Both the position numbers and the translations under genes were made by a program. Below, in pieces: positions 47,911 to 62,239 of a stretch of 64,000 nucleotides of DNA (positions within the stretch are counted from its first letter, which is position 1; every line of letters starts with the position of its first letter). Source of the stretch: Octopus sinensis (taxonomy: Eukaryota); NCBI RefSeq assembly GCF_006345805.1, contig NC_043005.1:102114001-102178000 (forward strand). The letters are read 5' to 3'. The notes beneath the pieces are model-generated. The model was not told the origin of the DNA and searched no databases. It was given only the letters and a program-made list of their open reading frames with translations.

Positions 47911-49914
47911 AATAGTGATATTTTAGCAAACGGGCTCTCCACCGAACATCGACCACAAGGTTTATTCTTTCTGTTTGCTTTAGCTGTAGCCAATGTATTC
48001 CATTTCCAATGACAGAAAATAGAACTGTCTGGTACAGCATAAAATAGCTTTTGGAGCAACAGAGCAAACTTGGGATCTGTTACAAGCATTAGAAAAGAAA
48101 TTAGTTTTGAAATGTGACAGGTTAGAAACACATGAGAACGTTGATGTTTTGCATACCATTGATGTTTTGTGTACACTCTAAGACAGTTGATTATAAGAAT
48201 TCTGTGACTGTGTGCATGGAAACATTTCTATTGAAACAAAATTAAAAACTAATTATAAAAGAGAAAAGCAAAGTGACTGTATTACATTTCTTTAGTACTA
48301 AATACAGCCGTCGCTTAAGTTCCCCGTTCTAAGCTTAAAAGACAGTTTCTGCTCTCTCATTCTCACGCTCAGTTGCCTCACTTCTCTTGTTTCGATACTA
48401 CTTCAACTACGATTTACCTCACCCTTCCGCTCTTGTTCTAAGTTTATATATCTTCCCGTTTCACTTTTCATTTTTACGTATGAATTTATTGCAATTTGTT
48501 AGGAATAGTAATGTTATCAACATTCTTTTGTGTCTACGATCTCAGTTTAATGTTCAAGTGGGTTTGGAGTTTGTTGCTTCCACTTAAGTTTAGATAAAAC
48601 TAAAAGATAGACATGTTTTCTGTAGAACATATACAACGAAGAAATCAAAAGACTGACTTGTAATAGTATTTAGTATAAGAATATATACTTTCAATTCTTT
48701 TAGGATAGATATTTACGTATTGAAGAAACTGTTCCTGTAATCTGTAATAAGATATCATCAAAATTCCTACCATAAACTATAACATTTCGCAAATATCCTT
48801 AACAACGCTTTGTATATCACCTTAGTGATCCTTAAATGACCATTGAGCGAACATCTATGTATTTGTCCTATATGCTAGAAATGGCAGATAAATCCACTTA
48901 ATTCACACCGTAATATCTTGGAACAGAAGGTATGTATTGAACAATGCCGCAGAGAAAGACGGGATGGTCATTGCTGGCACGGCTTTGATGATAGTTCTGT
49001 TCGCTCAGGGTTAGCTTCTGTCTAGACAACAACAATAATTTCAATAAGCTACTGTTTATTTTTGTAATCATGAAACAAATAACTATTTTATTTCTTTTGC
49101 CGATTCTCAAGTCTTTTATCTTGGAAATATTGAAAAAATATTCATTGAATAAATAATAAATTGCAATCTAAAAGTTACTTCAAATGGTTTAATGTTTAAT
49201 GGACTCTGATAACTCATATTGTTTGCTGCTCCACTTTTGTTTCAATATTTCTTTATGATATTATCTCTTATGTTAATGCAGCATTGAATAACGGCTGCAA
49301 CAAATGGCAACGTGGTTAACGAGTTAGATACACCAATGAGTGTGTCGCTGCGTGGTTAAAAAGTATGGCATAAAATGGGTTATATAAGTGAGGCATTTGT
49401 CATACCAATAGCTATGTGGCTATTACGTACACCGTAACTATAGCTGTCTAGGTACGGAGGGAGTTCGCTACACCAAAAACTGTGTGGTCAAGGATTTCGT
49501 CGCACCAAGACTGTGTGATGAGGGAGTTCAACACAAAATCAGTTGTTTAATTTAAGATTTTGTCGCAAATGTGGATGTAAAGCGAAAGAGCTCGCTTCGA
49601 ATTTACGTGGTTTCAAGTTGAATGCTACTGCGCAAGAGGCTTTTGTCTGATCATAGTTTCGATGAAAGAAAATATTTTTGAGGGGCGATTTGATTGACAG
49701 AAATAGTTCGACTTCTTGTGTGGTGAACTTAATCCGTTGCCCAATTGAACCCCTTTACATACTTCTTGGGTATTTTCTAACTGGACCCCTTTTGCAACAA
49801 AATTTTTCTCATCCAATTCTCGTCTTCCCAATCCAGTAGTCACAGATATTCTGTAAAGTTTTACAGGCACTCTTCTCCCTCCTCCACTATGAGGAAGCAC
49901 TAATGCATTTCTCA

Positions 49915-50100
49915 CATACATACATACATACATACATACATACATACATACATACATACATACATACATACATACATACATACATACATTCATACATACA
50001 TACACACATTCATACACACATACATACATACATACATGCATACATACATACATACATACATACATATACATACACACACACACATACACACACATATATG
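49915..50100. repeat. (CATA)n/(CA)n microsatellite
   Basis: Direct reading. Confidence 0.92.
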
Positions 50101-50184
50101 CTGTACATGCTGTGAAGTATACGTCTCTTTGAAATATATTGAGTGAATATGAACACTGACCTTTGAAATGTGTTCCCTTACTTG

Positions 50185-50233
<49 letters not shown>

Positions 50234-50695
50234 TAATAAAGACAGCTCAGATGGAAATTCTATGCTGATGAAGCGGTATATATTTGCTAGTGTTAGTGTT
50301 TTATTTTTAATCAATAAGAATTGGATGGTTTTTTTTCCGTCGCAAGTGCCTGCAGTCACATATGGCAGTGCCATAAACAACATAGACATAGCTACCAATT
50401 CCCGAATACTGTTAGATTGATAATATACAAGTGACAATAACTATAATGACGTAAACTACGACAAAACAATTAATTTCCATTGTATAGGATTAGAGGAGAA
50501 ACAAATACCAACATGATACACACTAATGAGATGTAAAGTAACTGGTGTTAATGTATGAAACGGCTTACTGCTGGTGTACAATCAATAGAAAAAATAGACC
50601 AATGGTATTAGAATCAAACAAAAGATCAGTATTTTCCGACCTGGAATCCACAGGCACCTGGTGGTCAGCAAAGGGGGTACAAGGGGTATATATGT

Positions 50696-50996
50696 GGAGG
50701 CGCAATGGCCCAAAGGTTAGGGCAGCGGACTCGCGGTCGTTGGATCGCGGTTTCGATTCCCAGACCGGGCGTTGTCAGTGTTTATTGAGCGAAAACACCT
50801 AAAGCTCCTCAGGGCTCCGGCAGGGGGTGGTGGCGAACCCTGCTGTACTCTTTCGCCACAACTTTCTCTCATTCTTTCTTCTGTTGGCCTACTCGCTTAA
50901 CCAGCGAGGTGGCGTCATTTGAAGGCTAAAACAATGCGAAGTGCATTGTGACCAGCGATGTGTACCAACATCTGATAGCCTGGTCGGTCACGGTGA
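50696..50996 (+). mobile_element. tRNA-derived SINE (distinct family)
   Basis: A-box-like TGGCCCAAAGG, B box GTTTCGATTCC, 3' end GGTCGGTCACGGTGA-(TA)n. Confidence 0.8.
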
Positions 50997-51008
50997 TATA
51001 TATATATA

Positions 51009-51107
<99 letters not shown>

Positions 51108-51949
51108 TGTGTATGTATAAAAATGGACCAAGAATGTAACAGGCGACAACAAAACATTCGGATATTTAGACGATACAAAAAAGGACACGGAAAAACAAGG
51201 ACGGGTAATTCGCAGCTTTCAATCATCAGTCGAGTACCAGATCGTCTTTGCAGTTTCGGATCGGCATATTAAAAGGTGTCCATGAGAAAACTCATTTAAA
51301 TAAACAGGTTCGGAACAACTACTGGAAGCCACTGCTTTAGATAAATGCGTTTACAATTATTTAAATGCAACATTGCTCTGAATGTGCGTAGTTCTTAGTT
51401 GATATAAACATCATTTCTGTGATATCTTCGTATTCATTTCTTAACGTTCTCTTTTCATGAAATTTATTTCTATGCCCAATTATCAAAGTCGTATACGAAA
51501 CAAAATTGAATAAACTTTTCGTTCAATCATTTTATCAATGTTATGAAACTTTATTGAAATCACTGATGTTAAAAGTTGTCGAAAGAGTCCTTTCCTTTCA
51601 CTCCTTTCACACGGAACACAAGAAGGAATATTTCATGACCAATAATAAAACGAAATAAAGTGGTTCCGGACGGAGATCGAAACTAATCCACCGTGATACT
51701 ACTATCGATGTTTATGAAGTAATTATTACTGCCACAAGCAGCTGTGGGATTAACACTGTTTACTTATTGTTATCGATCATGCTGTTCGGTTTGGTGTATG
51801 TTTCAGTAGTTGGAGATTCTTCCAGCAGCTGTTGTCTTTGAAATTGTATTCTTCGCTTCTATCTATGGTCTATAAAGCTGCTATAGTCCGTGGGAATTCG
51901 AAATTTGAAGCAGCTAAGATATACATATATATATATACATATATGTATG

Positions 51950-51997
<48 letters not shown>

Positions 51998-52037
51998 GAT
52001 ATATATATATGTATGTATGTATATATATATGTGTGTG

Positions 52038-52068
<31 letters not shown>

Positions 52069-53400
52069 TCGAGTGTGTGTACCTATGCGGTTCAAGTCAG
52101 GCTGATGGTGTTAGAAAATCTCAAGTAATCGTTACGTTCACTTGGTTTTCTTCAATTATGTTTGTATCGAGCTGATTTCCGGGAGGGAAATATCGTTTTC
52201 ACTCAAGCGTGAATCTCTGTAGTTAGTGGCAAAATAGACAGACACAATTAATCTACTGAAAGATTGCTCAATAGCAAGTTTCATCAACGTTGATGGCTGC
52301 CGTTGTGCATTACAAGATTTAATTTCACATTCATTGTTCGTGCTTCAGAAATATCTCCCCATTCACGCAACAAAGAACTCTATTCACAAGAATATATAAG
52401 TTATTAAAAATTATTGAAATTACCAAATAACAAGCAATGACAACTCATCACTCTATCTATTTATATATCTTTCTCTGCCTCTAAACCTAAAACGATATTT
52501 TGTAGCCACATTATAAGACAAAATATATCCCAATACATTTCAATATCATAAGGGAATAACCTATATTTCCAATTACCCTCTGCGTATTGGAGCTGTACAT
52601 TTACATTAAATGTTTTAGTATTAATATTCCGTAATTGCGAATAATTTCTCACAGTTTTCGAGTGAAAACGCTTCATCAATTACAAACACCATAATTTACA
52701 TGCCCATAGGCATTAATTTAGACATACACATACATAAATCTATTCGTACACTCCCGTTCACAAACAGACAGACACACACACACACACACTCACACATACA
52801 CGTAGAAGTAGTGAGGGACTGAATGAAAAATATTGCTATCGATATCGATGAGAGCCTTGAAGGTGACGCTCCATACTGGTTGCACTTCCGATAGCTAACA
52901 ATCAATAAAAGAATACACATATATGCGTGTGTTTGTGTTCGTTTGTTTGTTCGTGTGTGTATGTGTGTGTGTGTGTACACGCAAATTTGCTTGTATATGC
53001 ATATATTTATGCACCACACCCACATAGTTAATTAGTTAGTGAGAGGGTAATTGCTGGAGAATATAGCTTAAAAGCATATATTGAGACAGATGTGTGTGCG
53101 AGCGTTACTGCTTGGTTCAGAAGCACATTTTGGAATCATGAGGTTTTAGGTTCATTCCTATTGCACAACACATTTCGCGAGCCTCCTCTTCTAGATCATT
53201 CAGAAACAATACCTCATGAATGATCTAACCACACTAATAATTAATCACATTAATGACCTAATCACGCTAATGATCAGTCACACTGTCCATCATTTTACTG
53301 TGGCCATACCAGATTACTGTTTAATTTGAGGGACTCTGTTGCGTACAGCCGTGGTTTCTTTTAGCGAACACATTAAATTATATATATAAATCAACACGTA

Positions 53401-53805
53401 TACTCTTTTACTTGTTTCAGTCATTTGACTGCGGCCATGCTGGAGCACCGCCTTTGGTCGAGCAAATCAACCCCAAGACCTTTTCTTTGTAAGCCTAGTA
53501 CTTACTCTATCGGTCTCGTTTGCCGAACCGCTAAGTTACGGGGACGTAAACACACCAGCATCGGTTGTCAAGCGATGTTAGGGGGACAAAAAAACACACA
53601 CATACATATACATATATATGACGGCTTCTTTTTAGTTTCCCTCTACCAAATCCACTCACAAGGCTTTGGTCGACCCGAGGCTATAGTAGAAGACACTTGC
53701 CCAAGGTGCCACGCAGTGGGACTGAACCCGGAACCATGTGGTAGGTAAGCAAGCTAGTTACCACACAGCCACTCCTGCGCCTATATGGCCACTCCTGCGC
53801 CTATA
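53401..53805 (-). mobile_element. tRNA-derived SINE with short internal microsatellite and a 19-bp duplicated 5' end
   Basis: Matches 19541-20015; GCCACTCCTGCGCCTATAT occurs twice at about 53768 and 53788. Confidence 0.85.
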
Positions 53806-54740
53806 TATAAATTTCTTAACCACACACATTTCTTAAGCACACTACTATGCCTTAACCACACTTCTAAGCATAAGCAGCAAAAGAAAATATTTTCAAAAGT
53901 GGAATGTGGAATAAACCGAGATCAAGGTCTAATAAGACTTGCGTGGGTAGAGTAAGGTTTATAAGAGAAAACAACAATTATCCATGATTTGTTGCCAGGT
54001 GAAAAATACTTGCTAGGAATGTTAAAATGCTAGAACGAAGATATTCGGTTTGAAGAAATATTCAGTCTGGCATCATACAAAAGGAAATGCAAGAAACACT
54101 GCGCAACATCGAAAATAAAAGAAAGGGATTCTTTGATGGATTTGGAGTACCACGTGTGTAACTCTACTATTATCAGAAAAAGCCAAGAATAATTTTAGAT
54201 AAAATCTATAGAAATCGCTTCTGAATCATAGATAAGAACTGTTTCATTAAACAAATATAATTATGTTATCAAAGCAAAAACAGAGAATGGAGACTTAGCG
54301 ACAATGTGACTGGAAGAGAGGATAATAATAAACAGCAGGGGAAATATAAATACGGATACTATCGTATAAAGAAATCTGTTTAGAGAGGAGAATAGTAAAA
54401 GGTGTACAGAATAATAAAGGGCGCATATAAGAATCTGTCAGTCTGTCTGTCTGTGTGTATGTATGTATGTGTATGAATGTATGTGTGTGTGTATGTATAT
54501 AACTTTCAAGTACAATTTCTGACTTTATATAATACAGTGGTAATTACAAGAAAGACCCTGTAGTGAACCTGACTACAAACCCCACAGTATACCATTACGG
54601 AGGGCTGTACTGTGGCGTCCTGCGCAGTTAAAATCTAGTAAGTTTAAACAGTGAAAATTATTTCATGAGGAGTATATAGAATATAAAGGCAGGAGGTATG
54701 AGATAAATATATCTATATCACCTGTTGATATTCGTACGAC

Positions 54741-55128
54741 GACGGCCGTTTCGCAGACAACATCATACAAAATGATTTTCTTTTTGTGTATAATAAATAA
54801 TTTTACATATCTGCACTAGTGTGTATGCTATAAACTGCATAGTGTTATTCTACATTTTACAAACGGATGCAGATATAGACAGCTAGCACTTTACATCTGC
54901 AGAGTATCATGGTTATATGAATGTTTGAATTTGCTTTAGCTGAAAAATTGATATAACCATGATATTTCGTTGATCTGTAGAGCTACCCTTCTATATTTGC
55001 ATTCGTTTCTAAAATATACAATAGTAATATGCAATTTATAGCATACACATTAGTGCAAGAATGTAAACTAATTTAATATACACTAAAACAAATTAATTTT
55101 TCATGATATTGTCTGCGAAACGGCCGTC
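54741..55128. mobile_element. ~388-bp element bounded by 26-bp inverted repeats (MITE-like)
   Basis: GACGGCCGTTTCGCAGACAACATCAT / ATGATATTGTCTGCGAAACGGCCGTC (1 mismatch); no TSD seen. Confidence 0.65.
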
Positions 55129-55553
55129 ACCTTATGGATGTCAATTAATGAAATAATTATATTCATCACATACCTCCCGACTTTCTTTATATTCTATATA
55201 TATATATATAGTATTTAATATATGATATAATATATAATATAATATACTATAATATATAATATATATGTATATATATATACACATATACACATATACACAT
55301 ATATCTATATATATATATATATGTGTGTGGTGTGTGTGTGTGTGTGTTTCTGTGTTTAAATATATAGATGTGCACACACCAAGTGAAAAGCACACATCAA
55401 CTGCCACACACAAACACTCGTGAAACTCAATCGCTCTCATTAACACATATACACATACGGTAGCGCACTTTAGCTTGTTGGGATCACCATTATTATCTCC
55501 CTTTCATTCAACCTCATTTTTCCAATCACTCGCCATACTTCATACACACACAC

Positions 55554-55617
<64 letters not shown>

Positions 55618-58600
55618 GTGGTAAAATTGAATCAATATTAAAAGTTCTGCTTCAGGGGTTACGACATATTGCCAGTTGAGTTAGTATGGGCAACTATAAA
55701 TATTAATAAAAATGTTATATTTCCGAAAATATTTCGTCAGAAATTAAATGCAAATTATGACAGTATTTTCTAATTTCTTACATTATTCTATGCGTTTCCG
55801 AAACGTTTCTTTTCACATATTTACCATTTTTAAAAACTTACTTTCACAGCTTTAAGACTCCATGAAATTCTTTGTACTCATACCCACTTTACCCTCTCAG
55901 TATGTCTGTTTCTCTCTCACTCACTCACTTTCATCATTTTTTTTACTCACCCAAGCTACTACAAGTTTTCTGCTACATATCACTATCTCCCATGTTCTTC
56001 GTTTTCATCAATTTTCTTTCCTTTAAATCCATATTTTATTCTCCTTTTATATCTCAATTTATCTAACCTTTCTTGTCTTCGATATCCACTCATTCTTACT
56101 CACCGTTTTATCCCCCTTCTTATAACATTATATTTCTAATTCTCTCATTTTTACTTTGCTTCGCAAGTTTCCCTATAACTAGTATTTCTCCACATCTTCT
56201 TCATATTCCTTCTCATTCCTTCCCTCTTTCCTCAGTTTTCCTTCTCCTCTTCCTTCTCTTCAAGCTTTACGACAATCCTAATATGCTCTGAAATTTTGTT
56301 TTCATTTTTACATCACATGAATTAAATTTCTGAATATATTTTAATGAGTGTTCACTCGTTACTCTTCATAAGAACAAAAATTAATATTCAATCATGATTT
56401 TATTGAAGCAAAGAGTGATAGGTCACTCTAAATATAACTAATTTACCGACTATCTTCTGCACTGAAAGGTCAAGCGTTGAGGTCAAGAGATTAGCATTAA
56501 TATATTGCTTTTAATTAGATAGTACGTCACCCTTAACCAAACAGAATTTGAAATATATTAATTCAATCAGACATTCGAGAACAATCTATAAGTGATTGCA
56601 GTTTAGGATTAACTTTGCTAAGTTGGCTGTGTTGTGTAATGGCGAGCAAGATATCAATTCTCAGACGGACCGTATCAATATTGATTCCAAGCTGAAACTA
56701 ATTCACGCTTCATTTCACCTAGGTTAATAATGTACTTGCGTGAAAGCATGGGCGATATAAAATCTCATTCTGTTCTCTTATTCATTTGTTACTTCCTGTC
56801 TGTGAGGAAACTGGTGGTGATACGGTGATGGTTACACTCAGTTATATGCTGGCCTCTTGTTGCAGTTTAACCCTACGTCAGATCTCAACGAGAAGTATTA
56901 TGATCAAAATATACAAACACTGACGACCAGCACGAATTTTATAAATATACGAGTGACTAAATGATACAATTTTCATTGACCATAAAGATCATGCAGTTCT
57001 AGTGATAGATTTGTAGCTGCTATTTCTAGTGTACATGTCTGATCTCATATTTAACACGGTCATGTCTGTGTTCCGCGCTATATTGCAATGAATCAAGCAT
57101 ACCCATTAGAATACTCATAAATGTGAGATAAAATATTGATTATTGGTTATTATTACTGTTATCTATGATATTGTTTAGCCCCATATCATCTAGATTCAGC
57201 TTCCGCTATCGTATATTATTTTCAGATATGTTGTATCTGTGATAACATTATGCGATGGATCATTATATTTGGCAGTAGTGTGTTATCTATGGGAAATTTA
57301 GCTGCACTTTCATGGCTGACTTCTGGATTAGCAACCACATAGTATGATATTCTCAAGGAAGAATTGTGGATTTTCACATATTTCCCAATTATATCAATCA
57401 ATAATATAACTGCGAGGAAAATTGATAAATAATCGTTCTGTAGAGACCCCAAATTACTGACAACTTCCTGTTACACATACATTGCTTCGAATTGACACCA
57501 AACTGCATAAAGGAATACAGTAAGAATAAACGAAATAGTACGTAGCACATCCCTACCTGTCCTCACTAATAAGATGAAAGAAGTAAAAGTGTAAAAGAAT
57601 ATATGTAAATTTATATATACATACACGCAAGCACACACAATCACACACACCAACACGCGCGCACACATGGAATTACAAAGAAAATGCACCATATACCGAG
57701 ATAGTCTGCGTAGCTGGTTAGAGAATGAAGCTTTTTTTTAATAATAACTGTTTCACGTTGCTTATTAACCGAAAAGTTAGAGAAGCGAAGGGTTACCACA
57801 ATATATAAGAAAATCAGTCTCAAATGCATCCAATTGTGGGTACACATCTAGATTAGTACGGTGTAAAAAAACACAAGAAGTTCACACAGATACGAACTTT
57901 AGATAATTCCTGAGACATTCATCGCTTCAACTGTTATGTGTGGAGACGTGTGCTTATTCACATGCAAATCACTCGATAATTTTAAGAAATTTAGTATCAC
58001 CTGTGTACAATATGCAAAGGTAAGGAAGGTACATACGTTGTGAATAAGTTGAGTGTATATCAAAAGTAGAATATTGTCATCATTAATTTATTGTAAATAA
58101 AATATTTACGGAATATTCCATTTAAAGCGGTGTTTATTTGGAAACTGCACAATGAGTATTGATACAAATATCTGCAAGTTTCAAAAATATCGTCCATTCT
58201 TTTCGAATTTTCAAAAGGCTGTAATAGTATGCTTTTCATCATTAAAAGATAACAATGACAAATTTTAATGCCATTAAACATGCATCTTTGCATGTGTGTT
58301 TGCGCCGTGTGCCTTTCAGTCATCTGATGCAGGAGAGATGAAAATATCTAATGGTTTTGCAAGTGGAATATCTAACTTATTCTGTGTATAGCAAGTGCAA
58401 GTACACAGATGACTGCATGGCGTATTTTCTATCGACGATTTCTTCAGCTTATCATATTTCATACGGCAGTTGTATTTGAATAGATTGATGAAAACCTTTA
58501 CTTACATAATGTCACATTTCTGCCCTTCAACGAGCATTTGCATATTCCTCAAACGGCAACATATATCTGTGGGAGTGCTTGTGTACATATGTATATCAAT

Positions 58601-59365
58601 GGTTCAGAAGAGAATGGGTAATACCCATAAACATTTCCAACATATTTGAGCTTGGTGTGGGAAGGAGAAGAAGACCTCACACTGTACCCAATCTAGAGGG
58701 CTCTGTGAAAGAGAACCATTGATCTGGTGTTCATTTTAAGCTACTCACTAAGTACTGTCTCATACTCCACGAGTACAGAATTGCTTGGTTTGATCGGATT
58801 CGCTCAAATGTCCTCTACTAAATGTGGCCTCAATGTGGCGTTAGTCAAGTCGAAGTTAGAAGAGAAAAGACTTGCCAAACATGGCACGTAAGGTACGGAA
58901 CCTCTAACCATTAAGCTGCAAGCTGAAGTATAAAATCACTTAGCCATCAAATCACTCAATACACAAATTTATTTTAAGCTGTATCGGTGAATTTTCTATA
59001 ATATATAATTTTTACAGTAAACAGTACGTTGTAGAACAACTTCATTGAAACAATTGCCAAATAGATATAATTCTGATGAATATTTAAAATGTTTTATTGT
59101 GAAACTCTTCAGACTTGACAGCAAATATTGACTTCCTCTCAAATATCGATAGTTATTCTCCAAAGTTGTTGCAGTTATTGGTTATGTTTTATTTATTGCA
59201 AATGTTTCCCTTAATGTTAATGTTGCTTAGATCCAAGAGGTTGTGAGTCCAGCAGCATTCATATGATCGAAATCATTCTATCCACGACCAGCCTGTTTCC
59301 TTTTGAAACTACATACAGGAAATCCTAGAATACATTATCCAACACGATGGTGATGGAGTGTACTT

Positions 59366-59600
59366 AAGGCGACGAGCTGGCAGAAACGTTAGCACGCCGG
59401 GCGAAATGCTTTGCGGTATTTCGTCTGCCGCTACATTCTGAGTTCAAATTCTGCCGAGGTCGACTTTGCCTTTCATCCTTTTGGAGGCGATTAAATAAGT
59501 ACCAGTTACGCACTGGGGTCGATATAATCGACTTAATCCGTTTGTCTGTTCTTGTTTGTCCCTTCTGTGTTTAGCCCCTTGTGGGTTGTAAAGAAATAGG
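59366..59600 (+). mobile_element. OR-like SINE, tail type 1
   Basis: Matches 7764-8000. Confidence 0.88.
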
Positions 59601-59989
59601 AGTTTACTTCAGAGAGATTTGGCTGCTGCTTCTAGTGAGAGATTTGAGCGCGTAATGGCTTCCTGATAGGTTTAGACTTATAAAGTAATACTCATTGGTT
59701 ATAGCAGAAATATAAATTAGCGCTATAAAAATTTTAAGTTCTCTTAATCCATCAATATTTGAACATTGTAGTTAAATTGTGGTTTTTCATGTTTTGCTTA
59801 GTTTGCACTGTTTGGCAAGGTTCTGTTTCCAAAATACATTATTAATGTAAACAAATTACTAACAACAAAATATATTACTTTCAATAAAAAAACTTTCGTA
59901 TATACATAGATACTTACACACTTAAAGACACGCACACACTCACATACAAAGACAAACACAAACACAGAGATATGTATGCAAATATATGT

Positions 59990-60014
59990 GTATATGTATA
60001 AACTTATATATATA

Positions 60015-60062
<48 letters not shown>

Positions 60063-60608
60063 TATATATGTATGTATATATAAGTATATATATATATATA
60101 ACTTATGTGTATAATACTTCAATGCATATACATATATACGTATACCTGTGCATATTTGTGTGTGTGTTTATATATATGCATAGATATATATGTATATATA
60201 CATATAAGTTTATATACACAAACACATATATGTATGTATACGTATGTATATAGGCGTATATATATATGCATATACATATATGTATATATGTAAGTAGTAT
60301 ATATATAGAGAGGCATTTATATATATACATTTATATATATACATTTATATATATATATATATATATACAAACATACATACATACATATATATATGTATAT
60401 ATATATAAGTATATATATATATAACTTATGTGTATAATACTTCAATGCATATACATATATAGGTATACATGTGCATATTTGTGTGTGTGTGTCAATATGT
60501 ATGTATATATACATATAAGTTTAAATACACAAACACATATATGTATATATACGTATGTATATAGGCATTATATATATATATATATACATTTATATATATA
60601 TTATATAC

Positions 60609-60643
<35 letters not shown>

Positions 60644-60670
60644 ATATATATATATATATTTATTATATAC

Positions 60671-60707
<37 letters not shown>

Positions 60708-60715
60708 CATTATGG
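59990..60715. repeat. AT-rich compound microsatellite with a ~325-bp internal duplication
   Basis: ATAACTTATGTGTATAATACTTCAATGCATATACAT at about 60099 and 60421. Confidence 0.85.
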
Positions 60716-61167
60716 ACGTATGTATAAATAATTACTCTTAGAGTTTTATAAAAATTGGAGGTACCGTAGTCAGGAAAAAGTGTTGACTGAGTTAAAACTA
60801 CATGAAATACTGATAATATTGGTCATTATGATGGTAATGATGATGATGATGATGTAATAGAGCTGCCATGGCTGCTGCTTCCGTTATTGCTGCTGCTACC
60901 ACCACCACCACCACCACCACCACCACCACCACCACCACCACCACCACCACCACCACCACCACGACCACCATCAGTGCGCGCATCAGTGGGTGTTCGGGTG
61001 TGTATTTGTGTATATACGCGGATAGACATTTGCTTGCTTGTCTGCTCTGTTGGGGTTGACCTATAGTTAGATAACAACAAATGCAATAATAATTATACAC
61101 TCTCTGCGTTATACATTATTTACATTGTTTACATTTGACGATATTTGTCCTCATCTTGTTTGTTGTT

Positions 61168-61213
61168 AACAAAACGTTTCAGCTGATATACCCTCCAAAC
61201 TTCTTCAGGTGTC
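61168..61213 (-). ncRNA. Degenerate minimal type I hammerhead ribozyme
   Basis: GACAC-CTGAAGA-A GTTTG GAGGGTATAT CAGCT-GAAAC-GTT-TTGTT. Confidence 0.6.
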
Positions 61214-61292
61214 TTAGGGAAATTTCGAACCTGGGTTCTCATTCCTAAGGTATTTTTCGATGTTTGTTATTATACTTTATTATTATTATTAT

Positions 61293-61415
61293 TCAGTAGT
61301 TTTATTTTTATAGCGTGCTTTCACTTCACTACCGAGCACAGCTCTGTGTGCCTTGGGTATGTGCTGTGATTTGTTGTGATGCTCTGATGGTTATTGTATG
61401 GTTATTGATGGTCTG
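61293..61415 (-). mobile_element. Short 3' end of Dong/R4-like family X nested in the (TAA)n of the tRNA-headed element
   Basis: Same 3'UTR as 29497-29600. Confidence 0.8.
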
Positions 61416-61427
61416 ATTATTATTATA

Positions 61428-61502
<75 letters not shown>

Positions 61503-61562
61503 CATTATTATTATTATTATTATTATTAATATTATTATCATTATTATTATTATTATTATTAA

Positions 61563-61597
<35 letters not shown>

Positions 61598-61603
<6 letters not shown>

Positions 61604-61673
61604 TCACTGCATGAAATCGAACTCGGAAGCTTGGGGTTTGGAGTCTGCGCTCTTAACTACTACGCCATATGCC
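61598..61673 (-). promoter_or_regulatory. tRNA-like internal Pol III promoter
   Basis: GGCATA TGGCGTAGTAGTTAAG (A-box-like) ... GAGTTCGATTTC (B-box-like). Confidence 0.65.
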
Positions 61674-61674
61674 G

Positions 61675-61715
61675 CTGATGGAGGCTTGAGGGTATATCAG
61701 CCGAAACGCTGTGTT
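61675..61715 (+). ncRNA. Degenerate hammerhead in the inverted partial copy
   Basis: CTGATGG-A GGCTT GAGGGTATAT CAGCC-GAAAC-GCT-GTGTT; 5' helix I strand lost at the inversion junction. Confidence 0.5.
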
Positions 61716-62016
61716 AACAACAAACAAGTTGAGGACAAATATCCGTCAAATATAAATAATGTAAATAATGTACATAATTCCTCATCTCTTAAATATATAG
61801 AACTGTATTCTCTGCTTTATGTATTTCATTATTATCATATATATTTTTTATCGTTTAAAAGATGCTGGAGATGATAGCAACAGAAAAAGCGCAAAACTAC
61901 GTTCGTGGATTTACATCCGTTTAGGCTTTACATGAAATTCTGCTGACAATTGTCGCTTTTATGTTTCAAGTAATCAATCCCGCATTTTTCATCCGGATAT
62001 AGAATCAATTAGGTAT

Positions 62017-62239
62017 ACCTATTTCTTTATTACCCACAAGAGGCTAAACACAGAGAGCACAAACAAGGACAGACAAACGGATTAAGTCGACCCTAGTGCG
62101 TAACTTGTACTTATTTAATCGACCCCGAAAGGATGAAAGGCAAAGTCGACCTCGGCGGAATTTGAACTCAGAACGTAAAGACAGACAAAATACCGCTAAG
62201 CTTTCTGCCCGGGATGCTAACGATTCTGTCAGCTCGCCG
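62017..62239 (-). mobile_element. OR-like SINE, tail type 1
   Basis: Matches 7764-8000 in reverse. Confidence 0.85.

Larger units (their letters stand above)
61112..61673 (-). mobile_element. tRNA-headed, (TAA)n-containing, hammerhead-bearing non-autonomous element
   Basis: Minus strand: tRNA-like head 61673-61598 with A/B boxes, (TAA)n, body, HHR 61213-61168; inverted partial copy at 61675-61806. Confidence 0.75.

Noticed and set aside
50233-50275. CTGATGA-AGCGG..TTGCT hairpin as a hammerhead
   Set aside because: A helix II-like stem is present but is followed by AGTG, not GAAA.
51125-51280. Repeat with minus-strand CTGATGA...CGAAT...GTC and upstream CCGAAAC (possibly related block at 18400-18620)
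   Set aside because: Could not be arranged into a type I, II or III hammerhead with a paired helix I; probably a repeat fragment, unclassified.
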